Origin: Zygnema circumcarinatum SAG 698-1b
Taxonomy: Eukaryota; Plantae; Zygnematophyceae
Assembly (NCBI GenBank): GCA_037447605.1
Contig: CM074822.1
Coordinates: forward strand, 767,492-831,491
Length of the DNA: 64,000 nucleotides
Reading direction: 5' to 3'
Shown here: piece after piece, positions 52,981-64,000 of the stretch
Layout: the number at the start of each line of letters is the position of its first letter
Numbering within the stretch: position 1 is the stretch's first letter
The notes under the pieces: model-generated
Databases searched by the model: none
What the model was told of the DNA's origin: nothing
Seen by the model: the letters and a program-made list of their open reading frames with translations, nothing else
Position numbers and translations under genes: made by a program

Positions 52981-54263
52981 ACCTAAAGACATCAATTGCA
53001 GGCGGGTGCAGAAAATGACATAAGCACTGCTGAGATTATCAAAAGCAGAAAGTTACCAGAAGCAATTAGCTGTTGCCAAATTGTCAGAATCTTGCATTGA
53101 AGTGGAGTTAAACAATCACCATGAAAACTTAATTTGCCACGATGCTGCTGCTGACCGACATCCCAGGGACGAGAGAAATTCTGCAGTTCATATTACACTC
53201 CTGGACCTGAATCACCTGTTCCATGAAACAGACGAATGGCAGCAGGCAACTGGCATCATTCATTATGCATTGGCGGAGATTCTGCATTGATCCATCCCTA
53301 ACGATAAGAAAACTCTAGTTCCAGCAAATTCTGAGAAAAATTTGAAGACAGGCATATACAACTACATAAATACATGGATATGTGGATATACACGACCGGA
53401 AACACTGCAGGATACCCCCGAATACGTCTCCTTTCCAAAAATCTGATTAGAATCCATCAATAAAAGCACTAATCCTATTCATGTACATTCTCACCTACCA
53501 CAAAAGCCACAAAAAGAAATCCTGCACTCACTTTTCGACTGCCAACATATTCGAGTGAGCGCTGCAAAAGCTCGATTCTGCTTCACCTTCGAGAGCACAT
53601 TCAAAAGTATAACCCATGGAGGCAGCAATACTCTGTCTGCCGTCCTGATCCAAGCACGCAACGGCTACGGCTTCTTCCTGCGCGGTAGGAAGCCAAAAAG
53701 AGCTGACAGTTGCAGCCATGGCCAGACCTTTCAGGCTGAGATCAATGCCACAATCTTTTCTCTCCCAAACTCCACTGAAGGTACTATTGACACGTTGAAC
53801 GAATCCGAATCTGTCACGTTTGACAAATATGCACACGTGGCAAAATCTGATTGGCTCCCAAACGCCGCCCTTTAGAAAGGGGCGTTTCTAAGAGGCGTTA
53901 AATTCACATCCTTTTCTTTGTTGCGGTTAACCGTTTTATTTCACGCTATAAAAGCAGTTAAGTTAGTTTAACTGTGCAGTATCGACTGTGAGATTTAAAA
54001 CCATTTTTATGTTGACATGCCACGTGTACCCTTAAGAACCGTTGGATTTCCGCTTGCATGATTGTACATCGATCGTTGGATATGCCACGTAGAATTTCGC
54101 AGAGCGTCGACCGTTGGATTTTAGGAGACCAAAAAGGAAATAGTTATTGCGAATTTAGAAAACCAAAACCCACTCAAAACCACTCGAATTCAAGCTAGTC
54201 GCTGGTTGTTGGGTCGTTGGTTTGACGATGGGTTGCGCATGCATGCATGCATGATGTGGGTCG

Positions 54264-54606
54264 GGACCGTTGGATCAACCATTGAAATGGTTGCCAACCA
54301 TTACGACGCGATCTAGCCAACCATTGGAATAGTTGCCAACCATTGCAATAGTTGCCGACCATTGACTCGCGACCCAGGCAGCCATTGCAATGGTAGCAGG
54401 CGTTGAATTCAATAGTTGCCGACCATTGTCAATCGTTGAACCATTGCCAATGGTTGCAGACCATTGGATCCAATGACTGCCAACCATTGCCGTCAGACCG
54501 AAGCAACCATTACCAATGGTTGCCAACCATTCGAATGATTGAGGACCATTGGCCATCCAACCATTGCCATCCAATGGTTGGCCAATGGTTACCGATCCCA
54601 TGGTCC
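54264..54606. mobile_element. Palindrome-array element (CAATGGTTGCCAACCATTG family), MITE-like
   Basis: Starts GGACCGTTGGATCAACCATTG and ends CAATGGTTACCGATCCCATGGTCC (imperfect inverted termini); homologous to 62816-63205. Confidence 0.7.
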
Positions 54607-55080
54607 GCCGTGTATAATGATGCATCCATGGCGACACATGACACATATTCACCTCATGCTGATGAGGTCATGAATGAGGATCATCTGCAATCCATCCTCA
54701 TGCATCATGGGAACACAGCATACATAGTTGTTCACTCGTGATGATGGGATCATCCATGACCCATCAACAACGCATCATGGATTCATGGAAGACGAAGGCG
54801 CATCCATGTGAGAAATCCGTAGAACAAATTTAGGCGGCTGAACTGTCGCAAGGACTAGAGAATGTTGGGTCACAATCACAAGGATTGCAGCATCATGGGT
54901 TTCATGGGCCAAAACTGATGGGCACAGCATTCACAAAAACAGGGTTTAAGGGCCCAAACATGCTCTCAGATTGGAACAGCTTTATCCATCGCTTCATCCA
55001 AATTGGTACAGTGCTGGAACCATGGCTTTGTCCTATCCGGAATTGCCCAGCTTTTCCCGCAGCCCCATAGAGCCCTGAGC

Positions 55081-57719
55081 TCATTCTGTAGGCATTGACC
55101 TGATGATATCCGAGTCACCTGCAAACCCCATCACAAAGATAGACAGATACAGGGTCAAAGAATGTGTTGCTACACACATTTTTTACGAAAACAAATGTTC
55201 CAATGTAAAAACATGTTCTACCATTTTCGAGCTTTAACAGATATTAGGTCAAAAGTCAACCTCAGACTGTCTCTCTCTCTTCACTAGTACATGAACCCAA
55301 AACTAAAGTGAAGCAAAGTTTCAGAGTCCCATCCCCAAAAGAGTGCTTACCAGGATCTGTGATGCTAATGGCTGATACCCGGAAGTACTTCCCGCAAGCT
55401 GTGCCCAAGTCCACGTTGTCTGCAGGGTGACGCAATTCAAAAGAAAGAAGGAAAACTTAGTTGAGCTCTTCTTGCTGTTCCCTGCAAACGAATTCAGGAA
55501 ACCTGAAAGTTGAGTACTCACTGCCAGTGTAGTGGTGCACGCCCGTCTTGGAGAGCATGGCGTAGTACTCGATCTCAGACTTCCTCAAAGGGGGGCAGTT
55601 GTTGCAGATAATCACCAACTTCGCTGCTCACAATTTAAAACAAGAAACAAAATTTAACGATAAATAAACTATATGCAATACCTGCGACCACAGGAAAAAA
55701 AAAAGGTGCGCACTGCAAATGGATTCTTTTTCTGTGCACTGTCACAGCGTGGAGACATCGAGCTCCAGAACCGCAGTACTACGAAGGAAACCAGAATGAT
55801 AGAAGCCGAATATTATTCCTATCAACAAGGGAGGAGCTTCAAGTATATAATTTCAAAGGTGGGACTCCATTTAAAGTACCCTGATAAGCCTAAGCCAATC
55901 ACGGTTGCCACGTTCCTTTATTCTCTGACGTTGCAGGCTGTGATTGGCCCTAAAAGCGATCACCAATGAGATTATGCTACAACAGTCGCCTCCCATCAAA
56001 GACGCTCGTATATGTACACATCGATGTGCGTATGCTGAGGGGACATATCATCTGATTCTGAGGAGTCGTCAACTCAAGGTAGGGTTCAAATAGAAAAGGG
56101 ATTCTCAAATGGGCTGAGTGAGATAGTCATAGACATCCAAGGCTGGAAAGGACATACATTTTCCTCCACGAAGAGACTTCAAGACAGTCTTGTAGCCGAG
56201 GGTGTACTTCCCACTCTTCATCACCAGGGTGAGCCTGTTGTTGATGCTCTCTTGGGCCTTTTTCTGCAGCACATAATACGCGTAATATGAATGAGCTCCA
56301 ACCCTAGAATATCTCCTGACTTCCTCCGGAATGAGATCAATCAAAACTGACGGCCTTTCCTCTACAATTCACTAACATCTTCAGGGCACGCAAACATGGT
56401 GCAAATCTCTGCTCATTGAACGCTGACAAGTTCAGGCAATGCGCCTCAGCTTCTCTCCCTCTCCCTCTTCCTCTCCATGACCTTCCCCCCCCCCCCTCAG
56501 CCTCCTTCCCCCTCCTACCCCTCCTACCCGCCCTCCACTGTCCTCTCCTTCACCCTCCACACTTACTCCCTCCTCCCCTCTCCATCTCTCCTCGCCTCCC
56601 CTCCCTAACCCCCCTCCTTTTTTCCTCTCCTCCCTTTCTCCTCTCCTCTCCTCTCCTCTCCTCTCCTCTCCTCTCCTCTCTCTCCTCTCTCTCTCTCCTC
56701 TCCTCCTCCTCTCCTCTCCTCTCCTCTCCTCTCCTCTCCTCTCCCTCTCCTCTCCTCTCCTCTCCTCCCTCCCTAACCCCCCCTCTTCCTCTCCTCCCTT
56801 TCTCCTCTCCCTCTCCTCCTCCTCTCCTCTCCCTCCTCTCCTCTCCTCTCCTCTCCTCTCCTCTTCCTCTCCTCTCCCTCTCCTCTCCTCTCCTCTCCTC
56901 TCCTCTCTCCTCTCCTCTCCTCTTCCTCTCCTCTCTCTCTCCTCTCCTCTCCTCTCCCTCTCCTCTCCCTCTCCTCTCCTCTCCTCTCCTCTCCTCTCTC
57001 CTCTCTCTCCTCTCCTCTCCTCCTCTCCTCTCCTCTCCTCTCCTCTCCTCTCCTCTCCTCCTCCTCTCCTCTCCTCTCCTCTCCCTCTCCTCTCCTCTCC
57101 TCTCCTCTTCCTCTCCTCTCCTCTCCTCTCCTCTTCCTCTCCTCTCTCTCTCTCCTCTCCTCCTCCTCTCTCTCCTCTCCTCTCCTCTCCTCTCCTCTCT
57201 CTCTCTCCTCTCCTCTCCCTCTCCTTCTCCTCTCCCTCTCCTCTCCTCTCCTCTCCTCTCCTCTCCCTCTCCTTCCTCTCCCTCTCCTCTCCCTCTCCTC
57301 TCCTCTCCCTCTCTCTCCTCTCCTCTCCTCTCCTCTCCTCTCCCTCTCCTCTCCTCTCCTCTCCTCTCCTCTCCTCCTCTCTCCTCTCCTCTCCTCTCCT
57401 CTCCTCTCCTCTCCTCTCCTCTCCTCTCCTCTCCTCTCCTCTTCCTCTCTCTCCTCCCCTCCCTTTTTACTCCCTTTCCACTTCTCTCCCTCTCCTCTCC
57501 TCTCCTCTCCTCTCCCTCTCCTCTCCTCTCATCTCCTCTCCCCTCCTCTCCTCTCCCTCTCCTCTCCCTCTCCTCTCCCCTCTCTCCTCTCCTCTTCATC
57601 ATCCTCCCACTACCTCAGCGCTACTATGGTTCTAGAGAAAAAGCCATGCATGCATGCATGCTCAGCGGCACGCCGGCCTGCAGGTCGCTTCAACTCACCG
57701 GCTTCCTTGCGGTCACCAT
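55081..57719 (-). CDS. RPL30: 60S ribosomal protein L30 (eL30)
   Basis: Exons MVTARKP / [32 protein letters not shown] / [33 protein letters not shown] / [22 protein letters not shown] / [12 protein letters not shown]. Confidence 0.97.
56450..57600. repeat. (CTCCT)n-type polypyrimidine tract in RPL30 intron 1
   Basis: About 1.1 kb of ctcct/ctctc pentamers. Confidence 0.96.
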
Positions 57720-58077
57720 TTTCGCTTTTTTCGAAAAACCTTTGGAGGCTACAAGGATCTGCAAAACGGCGGAAAAAATACCTTCACACGATTAAAATGC
57801 AATACAAATCTTCCCTGCGTAAGAATTTGAAAAATTCAGCCCTAACTCCCGCCATGGATGTGAACTGGGTCTGAGGCCGAGGAGCTCACCGCCAAGGATT
57901 AGGGCGAAAGAGGGCGAATGTACAGCGAGCACTCGCATATAAGCAGGCGGCCTCGGTCAACGTGCCGATCGGACGGTCCAGATCGTACGGATGGTTAAAC
58001 TGACGGCGGAGATTCGTCCTCTGGAGGATCGGACGGTCGGTGAGATTTGGCGGACGGGGCCTTCTTGAGGTTGAAAA

Positions 58078-58090
58078 AAATTAGGGTTTC
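58078..58090 (-). promoter_or_regulatory. Telo-box (AAACCCTAA) upstream of RPL30
   Basis: TTAGGGTTTC on +; telo-boxes are typical of plant ribosomal-protein promoters. Confidence 0.55.
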
Positions 58091-59126
58091 TGAACCTGGC
58101 AATTGTGTACGGACTGACGGAGGGAGGGAGGGAGAGCGGGAGAGGGCGGAAGGGAGAGCGGGAGGGCGAGAGTGGGACGGAGGGAGAGGGGAAGGGAGAG
58201 AGGGAGAGAGGGAGAGAGGGAGGGAGGGAGAGAGCGGGAGGGGGAGGGGGAGGGAGGACGAGAGCGAGAGGGGGAGGGAGGGAGAGAGAGAGGGAGGGAG
58301 AGAGAGAGCGGGAGGGAGGGAGAGAGCGGGAGGGAGGGAGGGAGAGTGAGCGAGAGGTAGAGAGATCAAGAGGAAGAGAGAGCCAAGGGGAGGGCGGAAG
58401 GGGACAGGAAGCCACTGAGACGGAGAAGAGGGAATTGGGAGACAGCTGGAGGAGAGGGGAGAGGTAGAGAGAGGAGTAGGAGAGAGACGGGAGAGAGCGG
58501 GCATGGGGTGGAAATGAAGAGGTGGCAGCGTAGGGATAGAGACGTAGGAGTAAGTGGAGAGGGAGGAAACGTGAGGGACCTCATCATTTGTCATTGTAAT
58601 CAACTGATCATTTAAGCAGCACATGTTTGTAATCGGAGCGGAGAAAGGGATAAGTGGAGCAGCCATATTGTGCTTTTTATTCCGCATTATTCGACGTTAA
58701 TCGCTAAGTCTTGCAGTAAATGCCCACATTTTACAGTCAAAAGCGAAGGCTCACTTGTTGTCTTTGACCCCTAGCTCCCTCTGTCTCTTTTCCTCGCTTT
58801 GTCTCTCCCTCACTCTCTCTGATTACAGCACAGCTGTTCACTTGCTCTCAGAGCTGAGCGTGTCCATGCGTTGTTTGTTATGCACATGCAGTTTTTGAAT
58901 CGCAAAAGCCTCGTTTTCTTTCCCTCTTTTCCGTTTTGTAATTGTTTGTCTGGCGCTGCATGCTGCGGCCTCCTTTACTTTCTAATCCATTCGTATTTTT
59001 TTTATCTTTGAGGCCAAACGTTTTAATGGATTGCTTGAAGAAATCTGCACTTTGGCACGTCTTGTCGGATTGGCAAAAGTGTTTCATGTATTGAACGGTT
59101 GAATCAAATTGACTACTGTCTTGGCC

Positions 59127-59283
59127 GACATGTGACCGACACAGGTGACAATATTCACATTCAGAAGTCTGCCAACTCTATTATGCCAAACAAAGAGCTT
59201 TTCCCAAGACATGTGACCGACACAGTTGACAATATTCACATTCAGAAGTCTGCCAACTCTATTATGCCAAACAAAAAGCTTTT
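59127..59283. repeat. 81-bp tandem duplication (2 copies)
   Basis: gacatgtgaccgacacag.tgacaatattcacattcagaagtctgccaactctattatgccaaacaaa at 59127 and 59208. Confidence 0.93.
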
Positions 59284-59637
59284 TCTGCAGTCTTCGACAG
59301 GGCTAAGAAACAGGGCCAATATGAGCCTGCCAGTTAAGAAAACGAGGCAGCCAAGAAATAACCTTTGAATAAATCCAAGAACACAAGCATACACAAAACC
59401 GGTTTAAAGGAAAAACGGTGAAAAACTGAATATAGGAACTGAATTCAGTATCAGAAATCAGCGCCTGCACTGCGAGACGATGAGAAGTGAGGATTTCAAA
59501 TTCAGGGCTGTTGTTCCAACAAGATCCAATCGGCAAGCTCACATTGGCTTTAACTGCATTCCGCCCCCTTCTGTTTCAGCATAGGCAACTTCTCCGCTAC
59601 ATCTTAATTCCAGAGCCAGGCGCCAGCTGCCCTCTTT

Positions 59638-60840
59638 CTACAATCCCAACTTGGTTCGGCGCCAGTGACGCCTCTTGGCATTGTACCTGCAGAATATCAC
59701 TAGGAGTCAATTAACAACATAGAAAAGGGCAAAAAAAGTCGAACATGGAAGTGGGGGCAACAAAAACCAGGTATGGCATCAACCCTAAAAAATGAACTTA
59801 TTCAGCAGTAAGTCTTTTGAATAGCCCCCGAGCAGCTGGGGCACTTCTTTCAACCCCTCGCTACCTAATGCAGCTTTTTCCACTACAGAGTTTTCCCAAT
59901 TCTCCTACCTCTTCCTTCAGTCTCTCCTCTCCCACTTCCTCTCCCTCCCAATCCTGTTCCTTATTCCCCTCCTCAGTCACGAAAGGAACGAAGGAAGTGA
60001 CCCTAAAGTGAACCCTATTTTTTCCCAAAAATAAGACAATACCTGATGGTGTTGTCAGTGCGCATGCGAATCCAATGCGGAATCGGACGATTCTGCTTCA
60101 TCTTCTTCGCCAGCTTCCTCTTGATCAGGAAGGTCTTTTGGGAAGGCTGCACACACGGCACGCACGTGCTGCATTAACAATCTAGCAGAGAGATAGAGAG
60201 AGAGAGAGAGAGAGAGTGAGGGAGATAGAGAGCGACAGAGAGAGGTTGTGACATCGAAGCAGCCCAACACGTGCACTACCTTTCCAAGGAACCATACACG
60301 GTCTAACGAAGCAATCTACTACTGCACCCTCTCTCTCACTTTCTCTAAACTTCTCCCTCCCTCCTTCCTTTCCCTCATTTGTTCCCAACCCCTCTCCGAA
60401 CCCACTCTTCCCATCCTACCCTCATCCTCTCTCTAATTTCTCTCACCTTACCCCCCCCCTCCTTTCCCATATTTTGTTCCCAAAATCTCCCCACTCCCAC
60501 TATCCTCGTCCTTACTATACCCCCCCTCACTCTTCTCCCACGTCCAGCTTTCGCCCTCGCCCTTCCTCACGACCCTCCTTCCCTCTCTACCCCCTCTCCC
60601 TTCCCCCCCCCCCCCCCTCTCCTCCCCTTCTCCTCCAACCCACAACCCTAGACACAAAAAACTCCAAAATTACATCCCAACCCTAATCTGCAAAAAGCCT
60701 CCTCTGCGCGAAACCGAACCAGAAATCCTTCAAACAAAAAATCTCCCACACTTCCGACCACTCTTTATCCAGAGAAAGGTGGCATGTCCTCGCCAACAAA
60801 TGCATGCATCGGGCATGGCAGTGCAGAAGAAACTCACCAT
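59638..60840 (-). CDS. RPL39: 60S ribosomal protein L39 (eL39)
   Basis: ATG-only first coding exon 60838-60840, then [35 protein letters not shown] (60043-60146), then [15 protein letters not shown] (59638-59686). Confidence 0.97.
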
Positions 60841-62071
60841 GGCGGCGGGGGCAGAGTGGCCTTCGGAGGAGGGCAGAAAAGGACCCCCTCTCGGCTGGCT
60901 TGCCCTAATATGGAAGAGGGGGAGAATGGGTATTTCTTAGAAGAGGTACATTCAAAGTGATTTTCCCCCAAAATGTAGGTCTTCTCATACTTATTCTTTG
61001 TTCTATGTACTGAACCGCTTTGCCCTACTGAGGGGCAAAAAAGGGAGTATGGGTCTTGTTTAAAATTAGTACAACTAAAGTGATATTCATACTGACATTG
61101 CAAAATGAAACTACCGGTTCTTAATACGTCTCTCTGAACCCCTCAAATTCGTCGGTATCTTTGTTGCGCGTTCTGCCAGTTCTGTTGAACGGAGCGGCGG
61201 CCCATGGATCAGTTTCTCACAAAACTGGATCTATGTTATTAAGCCGCGTGAAACGGGCACGGGAACGGTAACGAGAACATCTGTATATATTACAACGAAG
61301 TGTTGGACTTTATGGTACGAACGACAACGAACAATCTGGCAATCAGATCCATGGGATCCATTGGTCGGATCCCATGGTTGCACAGATCGGACCATTAGAC
61401 AAACCAGTCGACTGGTTGGCAACCAGTGGTTGCGGACCGAAACAACCATTCGACTGGTTTGGAACCAGTGGATGCCACTGGTTGGCAACCATTCGACTGG
61501 TTGGCAACCAGTCGAATGGTTGGCAACCAGTGCCGCCGGATCGAAACAACCATTCGACTGGTTGCCAACCAGTGGCATCCACTGGTTGGAAACCAGTCGA
61601 CTGGTTGCGAACCAGTGGCGCAGGACTGAAACAACCATTCGACTGGTTCGGAACCAGTGATCCAATGGTTGGCAACCATTGAATTTCTGAAATTATGCCT
61701 TTTTGCAAAAATGGGTCGTTTGTGTTTTTTGGTTGGTTGCCAACCGTTGACAACTAGTGTAACAAGCCTGATGCGTACAGATGCGTACGGATCCGTACAG
61801 ACTAGTCGTACGGTTGTACGGAGATTCTATACGGCCGAACCGTAATAGTTTTCTCCGAAACGCCGACGGCATTTTGGTAGCTGTAGCGTTCAGTTCGCTA
61901 CAACTAGTGATTTAATGGTTGCCAACCATTTGATTTAATGGATATAACCATTCGACTGGTTGCCAACCAGTGCCGCCAGATCGAAACAACCATTCGACTG
62001 GTTGCCAACCAGTGGCATCCACTGGTAGGCAACCAGTCGACTGATTGCCAACCAGTAGACGTCCAACCATT

Positions 62072-62230
62072 AGGGGGTGTCAGACTTAACAAAATCTTAC
62101 GAAAAGCGTTACGAAAAAAAAGGTTACGAAAGTACTCCGCCGCAGGAGGATCGCGATTATACTGGAGTACTCGTTCTGATGTCAAACTTACGAACACGCG
62201 TACTGAAATTTTTTAAGTCTGACACCCCCT
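62072..62230. mobile_element. 159-bp MITE, TIR AGGGGGTGTCAGACTTAA, ATT target-site duplication
   Basis: Perfect terminal inverted repeats; ATT at 62069-62071 and 62231-62233. Confidence 0.9.
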
Positions 62231-62233
62231 ATT

Positions 62234-62812
62234 AGGGCGTGTCAGACTTAAAGAATTCTCGTAATACTAAAAACTCGATATTCGTAACATTTCGAGTCAA
62301 CGTCAGTAAAACTAAAATTCTCGAGCGTAGTTTTTCGCACTCGCGGCGCGGTCCTGTTCGCACTCCGCGATCGCCGTCTTCGCACTTCTCCAAACGCCGT
62401 CTTCGCAACTTCGCCCTCGCGCGGGGCCCTCAGACTTGGAAACAGCGCCGGCGCGGCGCGCGGAGACCGCTTGTCGTTGTGTCGTGTTGCGCGTCACGGG
62501 GGGGCGCGGCCGCGGGCGGGAAGCCGGGAAAACAACCATGACGTCACGTTGACGCGATTTTCGCTAGTATTTTCTTCGCACGTCCATTTCAGCGCCTCTT
62601 TTGGGTGCGAACAAAATCGTGCGAAGAAATGCAATTTCAGTAAACCCCACGGGTCAATCTTCGCAACGTTGACCCGTTGACTTAGCACAGTTGACTTCCG
62701 TTCGGTTCGGTTTAGGTTCGGGGGCGCGATGATTTTTAGTACTTAGTAACCTCGATTCTCGTAATACTAAAAACTCGATATTCGTAACATTTTGTTAAGT
62801 CTGACACGCCCT
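62234..62812. mobile_element. 579-bp MITE, TIR AGGGCGTGTCAGACTTAA, ATT target-site duplication
   Basis: Perfect TIRs; ATT at 62231-62233 and 62813-62815; internal direct repeat attctcgtaatactaaaaactcgatattcgtaacattt near both ends. Confidence 0.9.
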
Positions 62813-63917
62813 ATTGCCATCCAATGGTTGTCCAATGGTTGCCGATCCACTGGTCCGAACTGTGCATGGTTGTACGACCATTGGCAATGGCTGGTTCGGA
62901 CAGACGCCAATGGTTGTCTGGCATTGCATGCAATGGTTGGCAACAATTGGACGCAATCAATGATGAATCCAATGGCTGCCAACCATTGCATCCAATGGCT
63001 GAGTCACGAACCAATGGTTGGCAGCCACTCCAATGGCTGCCAGCCATTGCATCCAATAGCTGGGTCGTGAACCAATGGTTGGCAGCCATTGCCAGCCATT
63101 TCATTCAATGGCTGAGTCGTGAACCAATGTTGGCAGTCATTGTATCTAATGGTTGAGTCGTGAACCAATGGTTGGCAGTCATTCCAATGGTTGATCCGAC
63201 GGTCCTTGCACAATCTTCCTCCAAAAGAGTACTCCGTACGACCTAAATTTATACAGTACTGTACTGTACTACAGTACTGTACCAGATACCAATCTTCCAT
63301 ACGATTTCCTGTTACGTGACATGCCTAATCGTACGAGCCGTACATGCAATGTCCCGTCGACCGTACAGCTCCCCATTGCGAGCTGTACGGTGACACCGTA
63401 CAGTTCTTTGATCTTCAAAGAAAACCGTTTTCGCGTGTGAATGCACGAAAAATCAGCCAATGGCGTGTGCGCGGTGAACTTACACGTGCGAGGAAGGCTC
63501 GTGTTTGGCTGGGAATTGGCCGCGGCTCACTCAAAAACGTTGATCCTGAAATGTAATTGACGGTTGATGTTCTTCCCAAGGTGGTGGATTCCTGGAAGAT
63601 CATCGGCGCAGTCGTGTTCTGGACGGAGGTCAGGGAGCGAGGGGAGAGAGGGAGGGAGAGGGAGAGGGAGAGAAAAGGAGAGAGAAGGAGAGGCGAGAGG
63701 GACAGGGAGGAAAGGGAGAGGGGAAAGAAGAGGGAGAGTGGTTGAGGAGTGGGAGAGGTGCGGGAGCGGGAGAGGAGAAGATCTTGAAGGGCGTCAAAAA
63801 GGAGAGTACGACGTCTGTTTCTCTAGAACGCAGCCTTGGCAACTTTTTGAAGCCTTGGAAGCTTTTGTGTTTTTTGAAGACAAAGTTTGAGAGGTAAAGG
63901 GAGAGAATCGTGCAGCC

Positions 63918-63996
63918 ATGAAGGCGGGCGGAGCAGCGGTTTTGTCGTTTCTGGCGACCTTGACCTTCCTTCTTTTGTCGGCACGTGCAGAAGAAG
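63918..63996 (+). CDS. First coding exon of a secreted or membrane protein (signal peptide); continues beyond the window
   Basis: gcagccATG context; MKAGGAAVLSFLATLTFLLLSARAEE with an A-x-A cleavage pattern, followed by a G|GTGA donor. Confidence 0.7.
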
Positions 63997-64000
63997 GTGA

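Larger units (their letters stand above)
61349..63205. repeat. Concatenated-palindrome array complex (AACCAKT..AMTGGTT units) interrupted by MITE insertions
   Basis: Units such as aaccagtcgactggtt and aaccagtggatgccactggtt joined by 3-nt linkers; ends CAATGGTTGATCCGACGGTCC at 63205. Confidence 0.88.

Noticed and set aside
55625-56450. Intronic snoRNAs in ribosomal-protein genes
   Set aside because: No convincing box C (RTGATGA) and box D (CTGA) pair on the sense strand by eye; H/ACA types cannot be excluded without a covariance search
61880-61909. Helitron 3' end (hairpin followed by CTAG)
   Set aside because: The hairpin abuts CTAG instead of lying about 10 nt upstream, and no matching 5' TC end could be defined
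61231-63300. ORFs rich in WLPTI/NQW in the palindrome arrays (also at 54275-54741)
   Set aside because: Open on both strands because of the repeat grammar; no transposase or other domain motifs

Overview
Eukaryotic, intron-rich nuclear DNA from a streptophyte, most likely a charophyte green alga. This is an inference from plant-type genes, TTTAGGG/telo-box motifs and very abundant GA/CT tracts. Exons were assembled by hand from GT-AG junctions and reading-frame phase. In order, the window holds: a CAT2/3/4-type cationic amino acid transporter (-, runs off the left edge); a CAD-like Zn-dependent alcohol dehydrogenase (-, one exon corrupted); prefoldin subunit 5 (+); an unusual secreted chimera of putative beta-propeller, PAN, extensin and PAN modules (-); a COG0212/MTHFSD-like protein (-); a class II KNOX homeobox gene with a GC-AG intron (-); an LHCII (Lhcb) pseudogene flanked by direct repeats (-); YLMG2/YGGT (-); PEX5 (+); a PP2C (-); RPL30 (-); RPL39 (-); and the first, signal-peptide exon of a secreted protein at the right edge (+). 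Non-coding structure includes a family of concatenated-palindrome elements (54.3 kb, 61.3-63.2 kb) with two related MITEs inserted in tandem at one ATT site. There is also a third related foldback MITE, a ~120-nt hairpin, interstitial telomere-like tracts, several minisatellites, and dense TGAC, TGTCGG and G-box clusters. Most long ORFs in the supplied track are microsatellite artefacts. No tRNA, rRNA or CRISPR array was found.
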